A DNA stretch of 64,000 nt. Source: a plasmid. Below the pieces are notes generated by a model that saw nothing but the letters and a program-made list of their open reading frames with translations, did no database searches and was not told the DNA's origin. Location of the stretch: the sequence record OW849299.1; one strand, given 5' to 3'. The first letter of the stretch is position 1. Each line of letters begins with the position of its first letter. Of the stretch, positions 28,856 through 37,613 are shown one piece after another. The translations under genes and the position numbers were made by a program.

Positions 28856-28876
28856 CTTTCAGGGAGTAAATACACT

Positions 28877-29239
28877 ATGACCATGCAATCAGAACTTGTT
28901 TTTACTGATCCTATGCTCAACGTCGTTATTGCTGAAGTTAAGCGTTTTAATTGCCCGCTTCTTTTTGTCAAAGATCATGGCGTGTATGTGATGGCGGCGA
29001 AAGGTGAGAAAAACAGTAATGGGATGCACAATGTCTGTTACGCCAATGGTTTTAATCCGGATACAACGGATTTTGACGAGCTCTGGGACCGGATGCGTGA
29101 TGCCTGTGGCGGAGATGATTTTTGCGAATCCCTGGAGCTCGATCCGAGGTCGATTGAACTTCTCAGCCGTACCAAACCCTGCCTGAAAATTATGCTTTCA
29201 GAGACGGAACTGGAAGTTATTGCAGGGGGACAGAAATAG
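28877..29239 (+). CDS. Hypothetical leading-region protein (120 aa).
   Basis: Second gene of the operon (RBS agggag). Terminator at 29246-29272: aaagcccg-ttaaat-cgggcttttttat. Confidence 0.5.
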   Translation: MTMQSELVFTDPMLNVVIAEVKRFNCPLLFVKDHGVYVMAAKGEKNSNGMHNVCYANGFNPDTTDFDELWDRMRDACGGDDFCESLELDPRSIELLSRTKPCLKIMLSETELEVIAGGQK

Positions 29240-29360
29240 ACCATAAAAGCCCGTTAAATCGGGCTTTTTTATATTTCACTGTATTTACATCTAGGACAAA
29301 ATGTCCTATTATATATTTGTGGCCGGGCATGGTGCTCAGGTCCCCTAACGAGGGAAATAT

Positions 29361-29810
29361 ATGAAATTTTCAGCAGAAGAACTCAACATTATCCGCCAGG
29401 CGGACGCCATTATTGCCGGTAAAATTACCACAACGGATTTTATCACCGGCGCCGACGCCGCGCGTTCCTTACTGCGGTTTCGTCTTGCTGCAGAACCACG
29501 CGAATCATTCTGCGCGTTCTTTCTTAACTGCCACAACGGCGTGATTGCGTTTGAAGAACTGTTTAAGGGAACTATCAGCAGCGTCACCGTTCATCCGCGT
29601 ATCGTCCTGCAACGCGCCCTGCATCATAATGCCGCCGCCGTGGTACTGGCGCATAACCATCCTTCCGCTAACACTACACCCAGCCAGGCTGACAAGCTGA
29701 TCACCGAGCGTCTGGCGCAGGTGCTGGGGATGGTTGATGTCAAAGTCCTCGATCACCTGATTGTGGGCGGCAGCGATATTTACTCTTTTGCTGAACATGG
29801 TCTGATTTGA
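29361..29810 (+). CDS. radC: RadC-like JAB/MPN domain protein (YeeS family), common in plasmid leading regions.
   Basis: HNHPSANTTPSQADKLITERL matches the RadC HNHPSG...PS.AD motif. Confidence 0.85.
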   Translation: MKFSAEELNIIRQADAIIAGKITTTDFITGADAARSLLRFRLAAEPRESFCAFFLNCHNGVIAFEELFKGTISSVTVHPRIVLQRALHHNAAAVVLAHNHPSANTTPSQADKLITERLAQVLGMVDVKVLDHLIVGGSDIYSFAEHGLI

Positions 29811-29854
29811 TAACCGCGGCCGCACAGTGGTGCGGCCGGCTCTGGAGGCTTGCT

Positions 29855-30121
29855 ATGGGCAATAAATATACCGTGCCGCTTAACGTGGGCGCGATCCGCG
29901 AAAGCTGTTTCCGTCCCGCTGATAAATGGACCCCGCCGACGGGGGATGAACTCCGCTATCTGCTGGAAAATGTGCTCAACCTGAGTCAGGAGGGACTGGC
30001 GCGACATGTCGGCGTGAACGGCAGAACGGTGCGCCGCTGGGTGAACGGAGAAAGTGACATCGCGTATTCCGTCTGGTGCGTCCTTTGCATCGATGCCGGC
30101 TTACCGCCGATCTGGAAATAG
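29855..30121 (+). CDS. HTH-containing small regulator (89 aa) co-transcribed with radC.
   Basis: LSQEGLARHVGVNGRTVRRWVNGE is a helix-turn-helix. GGAGG Shine-Dalgarno upstream of ATG 29855. Confidence 0.5.
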   Translation: MGNKYTVPLNVGAIRESCFRPADKWTPPTGDELRYLLENVLNLSQEGLARHVGVNGRTVRRWVNGESDIAYSVWCVLCIDAGLPPIWK

Positions 30122-30184
30122 CAGCGCAAAACACCGACGCGCAAACGTGCTTCCTGAACGTATCGGATATACGAAGGAAATATT

Positions 30185-30467
30185 ATGAATACTGATAACT
30201 ATTTTTTCAGAGTCCCGGCCACACGCGGAATACAGGGCGGCATAGAACAATACATGCTGACGGTTCCTATGGTCGTGTTACGTCGTATTCTTGCAATGGA
30301 CAATGATGGCGATGTTATGGATCGCAGCCAGCGAGAAGCGAACAAAACGCGGGCCAAAAAAATACGGAATTATGTTGCCGGCGCAACATCAAAACGAGCT
30401 CCCTATATTTTGCCGTCAATTACCGGAAATATTGATAGTCATGTTGAATTCCTTCCCAGCGAACTCT
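30185..30467 (+). pseudogene. 5' part of a DGQHR-domain (DndB-like) protein gene, interrupted by IS1.
   Basis: The N-terminal 94 aa run into the IS1 end. The downstream fragment carries the LFDGQHRALG motif. Confidence 0.6.
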
Positions 30468-31235
30468 GGTAATGACTCCAACTTATTGATAGTGTTTTAT
30501 GTTCAGATAATGCCCGATGACTTTGTCATGCAGCTCCACCGATTTTGAGAACGACAGCGACTTCCGTCCCAGCCGTGCCAGGTGCTGCCTCAGATTCAGG
30601 TTATGCCGCTCAATTCGCTGCGTATATCGCTTGCTGATTACGTGCAGCTTTCCCTTCAGGCGGGATTCATACAGCGGCCAGCCATCCGTCATCCATATCA
30701 CCACGTCAAAGGGTGACAGCAGGCTCATAAGACGCCCCAGCGTCGCCATAGTGCGTTCACCGAATACGTGCGCAACAACCGTCTTCCGGAGCCTGTCATA
30801 CGCGTAAAACAGCCAGCGCTGGCGCGATTTAGCCCCGACGTATCCCCACTGTTCGTCCATTTCCGCGCAGACGATGACGTCACTGCCCGGCTGTATGCGC
30901 GAGGTTACCGACTGCGGCCTGAGTTTTTTAAATGGCGGAAAATCGTGTTGAGGCCAACGCCCATAATGCGGGCGGTTGCCCGGCATCCAACGCCATTCAT
31001 GGCCATATCAATGATTTTCTGGTGCGTACCGGGTTGAGAAGCGGTGTAAGTGAACTGCAGTTGCCATGTTTTACGGCAGTGAGAGCAGAGATAGCGCTGA
31101 TGTCCGGCGGTGCTTTTGCCGTTACGCACCACCCCGTCAGTAGCTGAACAGGAGGGACAGCTGATAGAAACAGAAGCCACTGGAGCACCTCAAAAACACC
31201 ATCATACACTAAATCAGTAAGTTGGCAGCATCACC
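30468..31235 (-). mobile_element. IS1 (768 bp), second copy, in the same orientation as the first. No flanking direct repeat.
   Basis: Ends identical to the first copy. Flanks gcgaactct and gggattctt do not match. insA at 30905-31180 and insB at 30483-30986. Confidence 0.95.
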
Positions 31236-32225
31236 GGGATTCTTAAAATTCCGATGGACGCTGATTTAAAATTATTCGATGGCCAGCACCGTGCGCTGGG
31301 TATTTTTGAATTTGTACGCGATTATTCCAATACGGAAGATACGATCAGCTTGTTGCTTACCGTTGGCCTGCCACTTGAGTTACGCCAGCAGTTTTTCGCT
31401 GATATTAATAACAACGCGAGCAAACCGGCAGCGGCGATCAGTATGGCATATAACAACAATGATCCGGTCAACCAGCTGGCAATGCATCTGGCCCGAACCG
31501 TCACCGGGCTGGCGGGCACAGTGGATTTTGAACACAACGTGGTCCCGGCGAAAAGCTCACGGCTGATCAGCTTTAAAGCACTGAACGATGCGACGAAAAA
31601 AATGCTCAACCTGCGGGCCAACAGCATTCCCTCGACGCAACAGCGTGATATGGCAGAAAAGCTCTGGACTGCCTGGGCACAGGCGATGCGCTGGAATGAT
31701 ATTGCCCAGGATGATATCGCTGCGGAGTACCGTCAGGAGGCGCTGGGACTGCATGGCATCATGATAAATGCGATCGGTATGGCAACGGCCAGGATGTTAC
31801 GGCACAGAACACCTGAAAGCATCGAGAACCTTCTGGCCTGTGCGGAAAACGGAGACAACGGTTTTCATTATCGGGAGTCGTTTGTACCTGAGTGCTGGGA
31901 AGGGAAGTGTGTTGATCCGGAGACTGGCACCATTAAAACTGACCGGCGGGCGCTTGAAGCAACGGCTGAAGCGCTGCAAAAGCTGATAGACCCGTTCGCA
32001 GATGCGCTGTGGTTGCGTGCTTATCTGCCAGTTGAAGAGGCGAGTGATACGGCATTACTGAAATATGCTGCTGACATCGAGAGTTATAAGCAGCGCACAG
32101 CCGTGCCGATGATCAATATCGTGGAGAAGCTGAAGGCGCTGGGTGACGGCGAACCGCAGTTCAGAGCGTCGGTGCTGGCTTCCCGTGAGGGGCTAAGCCG
32201 CTATCTGGCCGGGGCTGAAGGCTGA
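31236..32225 (+). pseudogene. 3' part of the DGQHR-domain (DndB-like) protein gene.
   Basis: Reading frame GFLKIPMDADLKLFDGQHRALG... continues directly from the IS1 end. DGQHR motif and DndB-like central region. Confidence 0.6.
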
Positions 32226-32737
32226 CGCGGTGGTTGCCGCCTGCAGGGCAATACGGGCATCGAACCCGTATTGCCCTGAAACGCGCTGAGCCGCTCTCTG
32301 GGCGCGCATTTAAAAAACCTGTACCCATCATCGTTTTTATGTCTTTGACGAGTCCTGCCCCCTATTCTGGCCTTTTCTGATGTGATCCCGCCCTGGTGTC
32401 TGCAAGTTAACTTAATTTTGACGCCCGCACAGCGTGTCTTCCCTGTTCATTTCTGCTCAGTTGCCGGCGTTTTCTGGCTGGCCTGTCGTACTAAAACACC
32501 TCTGGGCCCCTTCGGCTCCTGCCCGTCGGGCAGTCGTCAGCCACACTCCGCTAGCCAGGCAAAGCCTGGCAGCTCCGCCGAACCCCCTGCGGGGTTTCGG
32601 GCTATCGCTAGTGTCTGATGCCTGAACCCCTGCACCATGCCGGCAAAGCACCTTCATCGGGCTGATGGGGATCTGAAAAGCAAAATTTACAGGGAAAGGA
32701 GTTCAGGAAAAAACAAAGAAAATTAATCAGATAACGC

Positions 32738-32832
32738 TTGATTGTTATGGCTCATTAGACGTATAATGATCACATCGAAAGGCAATAAGGCTTTTCGCGG
32801 TAGCGCCCCGACTGGCGCAGGAGTAACAAATT
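32738..32832 (+). promoter_or_regulatory. CUP-like promoter/5'UTR cassette, copy C (complete).
   Basis: TTGATTgttATGGCTCATTAGACGTATAAT + hairpin + cggtagcgccccgactggcgcaggagt + ATG at 32833. Confidence 0.7.
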
Positions 32833-33012
32833 ATGAGTAAAGCACTGACCCCCTCCCAGCTTAAAGCTGAACTGGAAACGCAGAAAGATGCGCTGCTGAA
32901 GGCGTGCCTGTATGCCCTCAACGAAATCCCTAACCGTCGTTTAAGTGGCCCGTATGCGTCCACGTATGCGCTGGCCGAGCAGGTCAGTAAACTGCTTCAG
33001 CGCTGCAAATAA
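32833..33012 (+). CDS. Small protein (59 aa), not in the ORF track.
   Basis: MSKALTPSQLKAELETQKDALLKACLYALNEIPNRRLSGPYASTYALAEQVSKLLQRCK. ATG 7 nt after the cassette aggagt. Confidence 0.45.
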   Translation: MSKALTPSQLKAELETQKDALLKACLYALNEIPNRRLSGPYASTYALAEQVSKLLQRCK

Positions 33013-33084
33013 TCATTGATGGGCTGGCATTGCCAGCCCTGTTCACCCCTTACGGTAGCGCCCCGCATGGCGCAGGAGTCTGAA
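33013..33084 (+). promoter_or_regulatory. Internal cassette, copy D: a perfect hairpin plus the UTR/RBS module, with no promoter.
   Basis: gggctggca-t-tgccagccc then cggtagcgccccgcatggcgcaggagt then ATG at 33085. Confidence 0.6.
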
Positions 33085-33945
33085 ATGTCATCTGAAAAAA
33101 CTCTCCCGTCGGTCGATCTGATGTCCTGCCAGCATGGCGGTGAAGTGATCCCGTCCATAGCTATTGAGCGCATTATCTCGTTGCGGAATGAAGGTATTCG
33201 CGTCTATCTCGACGGCATAGACAAGCTGCGAAAAGCGCGCGATCTGATGCAGCAGGCCGGAGGCTGTCAGTACCTGTATGACTACGACAAAGCCGTAGAG
33301 AGCGCGATCAAATGGAGCGACACCAGACCAGACCAGGCCGAAACGGCTATTTCCCGCGTTATCGACGGAAAAATCTGGGATCGGCTGATGTCGGAAACCG
33401 GCATGTATACGCTGATGAGCAACAAACAACGTCAGGAATGGGATCGGCAGGTGGCAGGCGAGGAAATGCCGCCGATAACGCTGGAGAACGTTATGAGTAC
33501 GTTCCGGCACCTGAACGCAAGCAAGGCCGATACTTTCACGCAAGGGCTGATTGATATCTTTAAATCCCTGTCGTGGGATTATAAAACCAATAACCCCTGC
33601 ATGTTTGGCAAGCGTATCATCATCGCGCCGTTGCTCGATGTCTGGCGCAGTAGCTGGGTGCGCTTCAGCTCAGACGGGCACACCAAAATTGACGATCTGG
33701 CGCGGCCGTTCTACGTGCTGGACGGGCGTAACGTGCCTGATTACCGCGTTTCTGACGGTGCCAAACTGGATGCCTTTTTCAGTGAAAACCAGTTCAACGG
33801 TAAGGTGTTCGAGTGTGATTACTTCAGCGTGCGATATTACAAAAAGGGCAGCGCGCACATTACGTTTAAACGCCCGGAGCTGGTTGAGAAGATCAATAAT
33901 CTGGTTGCCAGTCACTATCCCGGAATGTTACCCCCTCGCGTGTAA
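33085..33945 (+). CDS. Hypothetical leading-region protein (286 aa).
   Basis: Start set by the RBS cassette. The ORF-track version has an N-terminal extension in the same frame. Confidence 0.55.
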   Translation: MSSEKTLPSVDLMSCQHGGEVIPSIAIERIISLRNEGIRVYLDGIDKLRKARDLMQQAGGCQYLYDYDKAVESAIKWSDTRPDQAETAISRVIDGKIWDRLMSETGMYTLMSNKQRQEWDRQVAGEEMPPITLENVMSTFRHLNASKADTFTQGLIDIFKSLSWDYKTNNPCMFGKRIIIAPLLDVWRSSWVRFSSDGHTKIDDLARPFYVLDGRNVPDYRVSDGAKLDAFFSENQFNGKVFECDYFSVRYYKKGSAHITFKRPELVEKINNLVASHYPGMLPPRV

Positions 33946-34030
33946 TGCAGACGGCAGGCCGCATTTGCGGCCTGAAATATAAACAGGGAAAGGAAGTATT
34001 CCCCGGCCTGAAAAAATCATGCCGGGCATG

Positions 34031-34134
34031 TATTTATTGCTTGATTAATATGGCTCATTAGACGTATAATAATCACATCGAAAGGCAATGAGGCTTTTCG
34101 CGGTAGCGCCCCGACTGGCGCAGGAGTAATAAAT
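34031..34134 (+). promoter_or_regulatory. CUP-like promoter/5'UTR cassette, copy E (complete).
   Basis: TTGATTaatATGGCTCATTAGACGTATAAT + tcgaaaggcaatgaggcttttcg + cggtagcgccccgactggcgcaggagt + ATG at 34135. Confidence 0.7.
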
Positions 34135-34473
34135 ATGGCTATTCAATCCCTTCAGTTCCGTAACGGCTCCGTTTCTCTTGGTGATGTTTTTGTTTCCAGC
34201 TGGGGTTATGAGCAGACAAATACCTGTTTTTATCAGGTGATCGCCCTGCGCGGTAAGAAAACCGCCGTACTGCGCCGCATCGCTGCGCAGCAGGTGAAAG
34301 CAGACAGTGCAATGTCTGGCGAGTTAAAGCCGGTATTGAACGACTTTAAAGGCGAACCCGTGACCCGTCGCATCTGTGAAAACCATGAGCATCCGTCTGT
34401 CAGCATTGACGAGTACGAACAGGCTTATAAGACCGATCCTAACGAAAGCCATTTTTACAGCACCTGGGGCTGA
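34135..34473 (+). CDS. Hypothetical leading-region protein (112 aa).
   Basis: ATG positioned by the cassette. Confidence 0.5.
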   Translation: MAIQSLQFRNGSVSLGDVFVSSWGYEQTNTCFYQVIALRGKKTAVLRRIAAQQVKADSAMSGELKPVLNDFKGEPVTRRICENHEHPSVSIDEYEQAYKTDPNESHFYSTWG

Positions 34474-34570
34474 CCGCCTGCTACGCCCCGCAAGGGGCGT
34501 ATAGTCGAAGACTTATTCAACCAAAACGTGAATACTATGCGAAATAACAAGGCGCTCAGGACGCAGATAC

Positions 34571-34801
34571 ATGGCGGAAACAGTTTATCAGGCGCGGAGG
34601 CGTTTTTACCTTCTCCGTTTTCGGCGCAGTCGTAACCCGGACACACTGGAAAAAATGTACGAATCCATGCGGGATCGTGGACAGGTGCCGCCGGAGGACA
34701 CCGAGGCTTTTGAGGCTGCCGCCGACCATCGCCGCGCAGAGCTGGCATCGGGACGCATCTGGGATAAGATCCCGCCGCATGTCTGGCAGTATGTAAAATA
34801 A
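34571..34801 (+). CDS. Hha/YmoA-family small nucleoid-associated modulator (76 aa), the leading-region copy.
   Basis: FEAAADHRRAELASGRIWDKIPPHVWQYVK aligns with Hha [30 protein letters not shown]. Terminator agcgcccctacacggggcgttttttt at 34806-34830. Confidence 0.7.
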   Translation: MAETVYQARRRFYLLRFRRSRNPDTLEKMYESMRDRGQVPPEDTEAFEAAADHRRAELASGRIWDKIPPHVWQYVK

Positions 34802-34833
34802 TCACAGCGCCCCTACACGGGGCGTTTTTTTGC

Positions 34834-34913
34834 TTGCATATATGGCTCATTAGACGTATAATGTTTTTACTGATTCAAATCAGTACCTTCCTAAACAGCC
34901 TTACAGGTGCATT
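34834..34913 (+). promoter_or_regulatory. CUP-like promoter, copy F: promoter core only, with a different UTR.
   Basis: TTGCATatATGGCTCATTAGACGTATAAT. UTR carries the ctgattcaaatcag hairpin. Confidence 0.6.
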
Positions 34914-35027
34914 ATGACCTCTTCTGAAATCCTCCATAACCTCCCTCAGATTATCACGGCCGTGGCCGCCCTCATTACAGCCATTACCGGGCTGATTAAA
35001 GTCATGAAGGATAAAGGTAAGGACTGA
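34914..35027 (+). CDS. 37-aa hydrophobic peptide with a basic C-terminus (Ldr/type-I-toxin-like). Candidate small membrane toxin or regulator.
   Basis: MTSSEILHNLPQIITAVAALITAITGLIKVMKDKGKD. Resembles the LdrD core LAAPILAGIITAAIVSWW. Confidence 0.35.
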   Translation: MTSSEILHNLPQIITAVAALITAITGLIKVMKDKGKD

Positions 35028-35098
35028 ACCGCCGCAGGGGGCGACAGCCCCCTGCATCCCTAACCGGCAGCGCCCCGACTGGCGCAGGAGTAAAAAAA
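35028..35098 (+). promoter_or_regulatory. Internal cassette, copy G: a perfect hairpin plus the UTR/RBS module.
   Basis: gcagggggc-gaca-gccccctgc then cggcagcgccccgactggcgcaggagt then GTG at 35099. Confidence 0.6.
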
Positions 35099-35335
35099 GT
35101 GACAACGCTGCATATTCGAGAAATTCCCACTGATGGAGCGCCGCCTATCTGTGCAGGCCGCTCAATCTCAGATGATGACCTTTGCGCCTCATGCCAGCAT
35201 CTCGACTATCGCCCTGGGCACCTCAGCGCCTGCCTGCTGTCAGGTTGCGGGCGTGACGACTGGCCTTCAGAACTGGATGCAAACGGCTACAGCGTTGCCT
35301 GTAGCAGCTATGAGCGTGAAAAATCGCTTGATTAA
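35099..35335 (+). CDS. Cys-rich small protein (78 aa, GTG start), possibly zinc-binding.
   Basis: Motifs CAGRS...CASCQH...CLLSGC. Its last five codons (KSLD*) are supplied by the -35 region of cassette H. Confidence 0.45.
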   Translation: MTTLHIREIPTDGAPPICAGRSISDDDLCASCQHLDYRPGHLSACLLSGCGRDDWPSELDANGYSVACSSYEREKSLD

Positions 35336-35419
35336 TATGGCTCATTAGACGTATAATTATCACATCGAAAGGCATCCGGTCTTTCGCGGCAGCGCCCCGA
35401 CTGGCGCAGGAGTTTTACA
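35328..35419 (+). promoter_or_regulatory. CUP-like promoter/5'UTR cassette, copy H (complete).
   Basis: TTGATTaatATGGCTCATTAGACGTATAAT + tcgaaaggcatccggtctttcg + cggcagcgccccgactggcgcaggagt + ATG at 35420. Confidence 0.7.
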
Positions 35420-35830
35420 ATGCACGGTAACGTAAATGAAATTTGCGCAAGGCTTCTCGATAGTTTTGATCCACAGCAGCGGATCAGCCTGCTGATCTGG
35501 ACTGCTGAAGATGTCCATGACTGCACCAGTGATATGAACCTCACTGACGATGAGGCCGAAGCCGTTCTGGCAGAAATCGCGGAATGCAGTTCACACAGCC
35601 GTTATGGCGTCGGAAAAGATACCGTCTGGAGCCTGGCAAAGCAGGTGCGCGAAGATGCCGCCCGCGATCGAAAAATAGAGGTCAATGCCGAGGCGCTGCA
35701 AAAAGTCGTGGCGCTGGCGGCGCAGTTTATCCGGCTGGAAGAAATCCAGTCTGGTGAAGGAGCTGCACGCCGACTTTATCCGCAGGAGTCTGAGGCGCTG
35801 GAGTGCATCACGAAGGTGATTAACGGCTAA
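35420..35830 (+). CDS. Hypothetical acidic leading-region protein (136 aa).
   Basis: ATG positioned by the cassette. Confidence 0.5.
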   Translation: MHGNVNEICARLLDSFDPQQRISLLIWTAEDVHDCTSDMNLTDDEAEAVLAEIAECSSHSRYGVGKDTVWSLAKQVREDAARDRKIEVNAEALQKVVALAAQFIRLEEIQSGEGAARRLYPQESEALECITKVING

Positions 35831-35891
35831 TTCACGCAGTAACGCAGCGAACTTTCACGGTAGCGCCCCGACTGGCGCAGGAGGAAAAAAC
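35831..35891 (+). promoter_or_regulatory. Internal UTR/RBS cassette, copy I.
   Basis: cacggtagcgccccgactggcgcaggaggaaaaaac then ATG at 35892. Confidence 0.6.
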
Positions 35892-36197
35892 ATGTCCCAG
35901 AATGAAGCCTATTACGACACGCTGGCCCTGATTGAAAAGGGGCAATGGTGTTTCGGCAGTATGGACGAAGAAAACGAAGAGCGGGCAATCAAGGCCGCTA
36001 AGGCGCTGGCGCTGTTTGCGCGCCTGAATGAGCAGGACTGCGACGGACACCCGGTTTCCGAAATCATCGTTGATTTTATCGCTAACCTGATGCACCTGGG
36101 GGAAGCGATAAATTTTCGTGTGCTCGATGAAGAAAGCGCGGTGATCCCGTTGGTCAGGATCGCCGCCGTACACTTTAACGCTGAAACAAAGTCATAG
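35892..36197 (+). CDS. Hypothetical acidic leading-region protein (101 aa).
   Basis: ATG positioned by the cassette. Terminator-like hairpin cccgcctg-aaaatatt-caggcaggcggg at 36264-36300. Confidence 0.5.
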   Translation: MSQNEAYYDTLALIEKGQWCFGSMDEENEERAIKAAKALALFARLNEQDCDGHPVSEIIVDFIANLMHLGEAINFRVLDEESAVIPLVRIAAVHFNAETKS

Positions 36198-36302
36198 TAA
36201 TCATGTGAATCAGAAGGGGGCAGGCGTGATCCTGCCCCCAAAAATGGACAGGGGAAAGAGTTCTCCCGCCTGAAAATATTCAGGCAGGCGGGAATTTTTT
36301 GC

Positions 36303-36397
36303 TTGATTAATATGGCTCATTAGACGTATAATAATCACATCGAAAGGCAATCCGGTCTTTCGACGGTAGCGCCCCGACTGGCGCAGGAGTACAGAAA
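36303..36397 (+). promoter_or_regulatory. CUP-like promoter/5'UTR cassette, copy J (complete).
   Basis: TTGATTaatATGGCTCATTAGACGTATAAT + tcgaaaggcaatccggtctttcga + cggtagcgccccgactggcgcaggagt + ATG at 36398. Confidence 0.7.
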
Positions 36398-36838
36398 ATG
36401 TCTACTGAACTGAATCAACCCGCCATCACTGCACGCATTATCCCCAATAACCGCCGCATGGCCTTTCTGCCACGTCTGTTCGGCGCCTGGTATCTCACAG
36501 GTGAGGCCGGTGTCTACAACCTCGCACGCTCTCTCTGCGTCGATTATCAAGGCGGTTCCTGGGAGTTCGTCGAACTGTCTTGCGGTAGCGGCTTCATGTA
36601 CCCACTGAGCGCAGAGCGCTTCACGGTATCGGTTAGCGGTAACTGGTTCGAAGGGGAACTGTCCGCAGAAGCTACCGGTATCGTGCTGACCCTGTTCACC
36701 CTGAACCACATGATCTGGCACGCACATGATGAAGGCTATCAGCACATCTGCGACATGCTGATCACCCAGCAGGAAAAGCTCAAATTATATGCCGACCAGC
36801 ACGCCGAAGCCGGTTTGATTTACCGCGCGATTGACTGA
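36398..36838 (+). CDS. klcA: KlcA/ArdB-family anti-restriction protein.
   Basis: LPRLFGAWYLTGEAGVYNLARSLCVDYQGGSWEFVELSCGSGFMYP...GELSAEATGIVLTLFTL...AGLIYRAID aligns along its full length with IncP KlcA. Confidence 0.85.
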   Translation: MSTELNQPAITARIIPNNRRMAFLPRLFGAWYLTGEAGVYNLARSLCVDYQGGSWEFVELSCGSGFMYPLSAERFTVSVSGNWFEGELSAEATGIVLTLFTLNHMIWHAHDEGYQHICDMLITQQEKLKLYADQHAEAGLIYRAID

Positions 36839-36881
36839 AACGGCGGCCCCCGTGAGGGGGCCAATACTGACAGGGGGAAAA

Positions 36882-37166
36882 ATGTTAACACTAACTGATA
36901 TTCGCGCCAGCAATACGGTGCTGGTTACGGAATTTGGCGGCGTGCGTGCTGTGCATTTCTGTCTGCATGAAAAATTAAGCGGTAGCGACAACGATCTGTG
37001 GTTTCCGCTTGCCAATGGAGCCGACCTGTTCGAGGCGCTGGAAAGCATTATGTGCATCAATTTTGCCGCTGCTAACGTTGTCTCGCTGGAGTTCCTGCGG
37101 CAGAACGGGAAGTGCAAAGACTACCGGATCACCTACAACAAGGCCAAATTCAAGCCATTAGGTTAG
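36882..37166 (+). CDS. Hypothetical leading-region protein (94 aa).
   Basis: ATG at 36882 after the hairpin ggcccccgtgagggggcc. Confidence 0.45.
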   Translation: MLTLTDIRASNTVLVTEFGGVRAVHFCLHEKLSGSDNDLWFPLANGADLFEALESIMCINFAAANVVSLEFLRQNGKCKDYRITYNKAKFKPLG

Positions 37167-37230
37167 ATGTCTGGCATCATTTGATGTTCATATTTGAACA
37201 AAATTAAATAAAAAAAATACGTCTGATGAG

Positions 37231-37320
37231 TTGATAAAATGGCTCATTAGACGTATAATTATTACATCGAAAGGCAGTTGAGTCTTTCGCGGTAGCGCCC
37301 CGACTGGCGAAGGAGTTGAA
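37231..37320 (+). promoter_or_regulatory. CUP-like promoter/5'UTR cassette, copy K (complete, 1 nt shorter in the spacer).
   Basis: TTGATAaaATGGCTCATTAGACGTATAAT + tcgaaaggcagttgagtctttcg + cggtagcgccccgactggcgaaggagt + ATG at 37321. Confidence 0.7.
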
Positions 37321-37542
37321 ATGAAAGAAGCAGACCAAAAAAAAGTGAATGCCGTAATGGCAATTGCTGATTATCTCGGTGTGAAAAATCAAATCGAGGT
37401 GATCGAATACTCAGCCGAATCAGTGCAGGTTGAGTGGCGAAATCCTAAAACAAAACAGCTTATTCATCGTGATTACACTTTTGCAAATTCCTTTGTAAAA
37501 GACTTTGAAAAAGCCCTGAAATCGAACGTGAAGTTTTACTGA
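37321..37542 (+). CDS. Hypothetical small protein (73 aa).
   Basis: ATG positioned by the cassette. Confidence 0.5.
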   Translation: MKEADQKKVNAVMAIADYLGVKNQIEVIEYSAESVQVEWRNPKTKQLIHRDYTFANSFVKDFEKALKSNVKFY

Positions 37543-37613
37543 AAAAGAGGGGGAGAAATCCCCCTTAATCCTCCCATTTTTTACTGATAAACATCAAATA
37601 TATGAGGTGTATT

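Noticed and set aside
30459-31244. A 9-bp target-site duplication for the second IS1.
   Set aside because: The flanks gcgaactct and gggattctt do not match in any 8- or 9-bp register. The insertion was therefore accompanied by a deletion or rearrangement, and no duplication is reported.
32226-32737. Retron or group II intron ncRNA.
   Set aside because: No reverse-transcriptase or intron-encoded-protein ORF is present anywhere nearby, and no recognisable domain V or VI consensus was seen. Kept only as a generic structured region in the findings.
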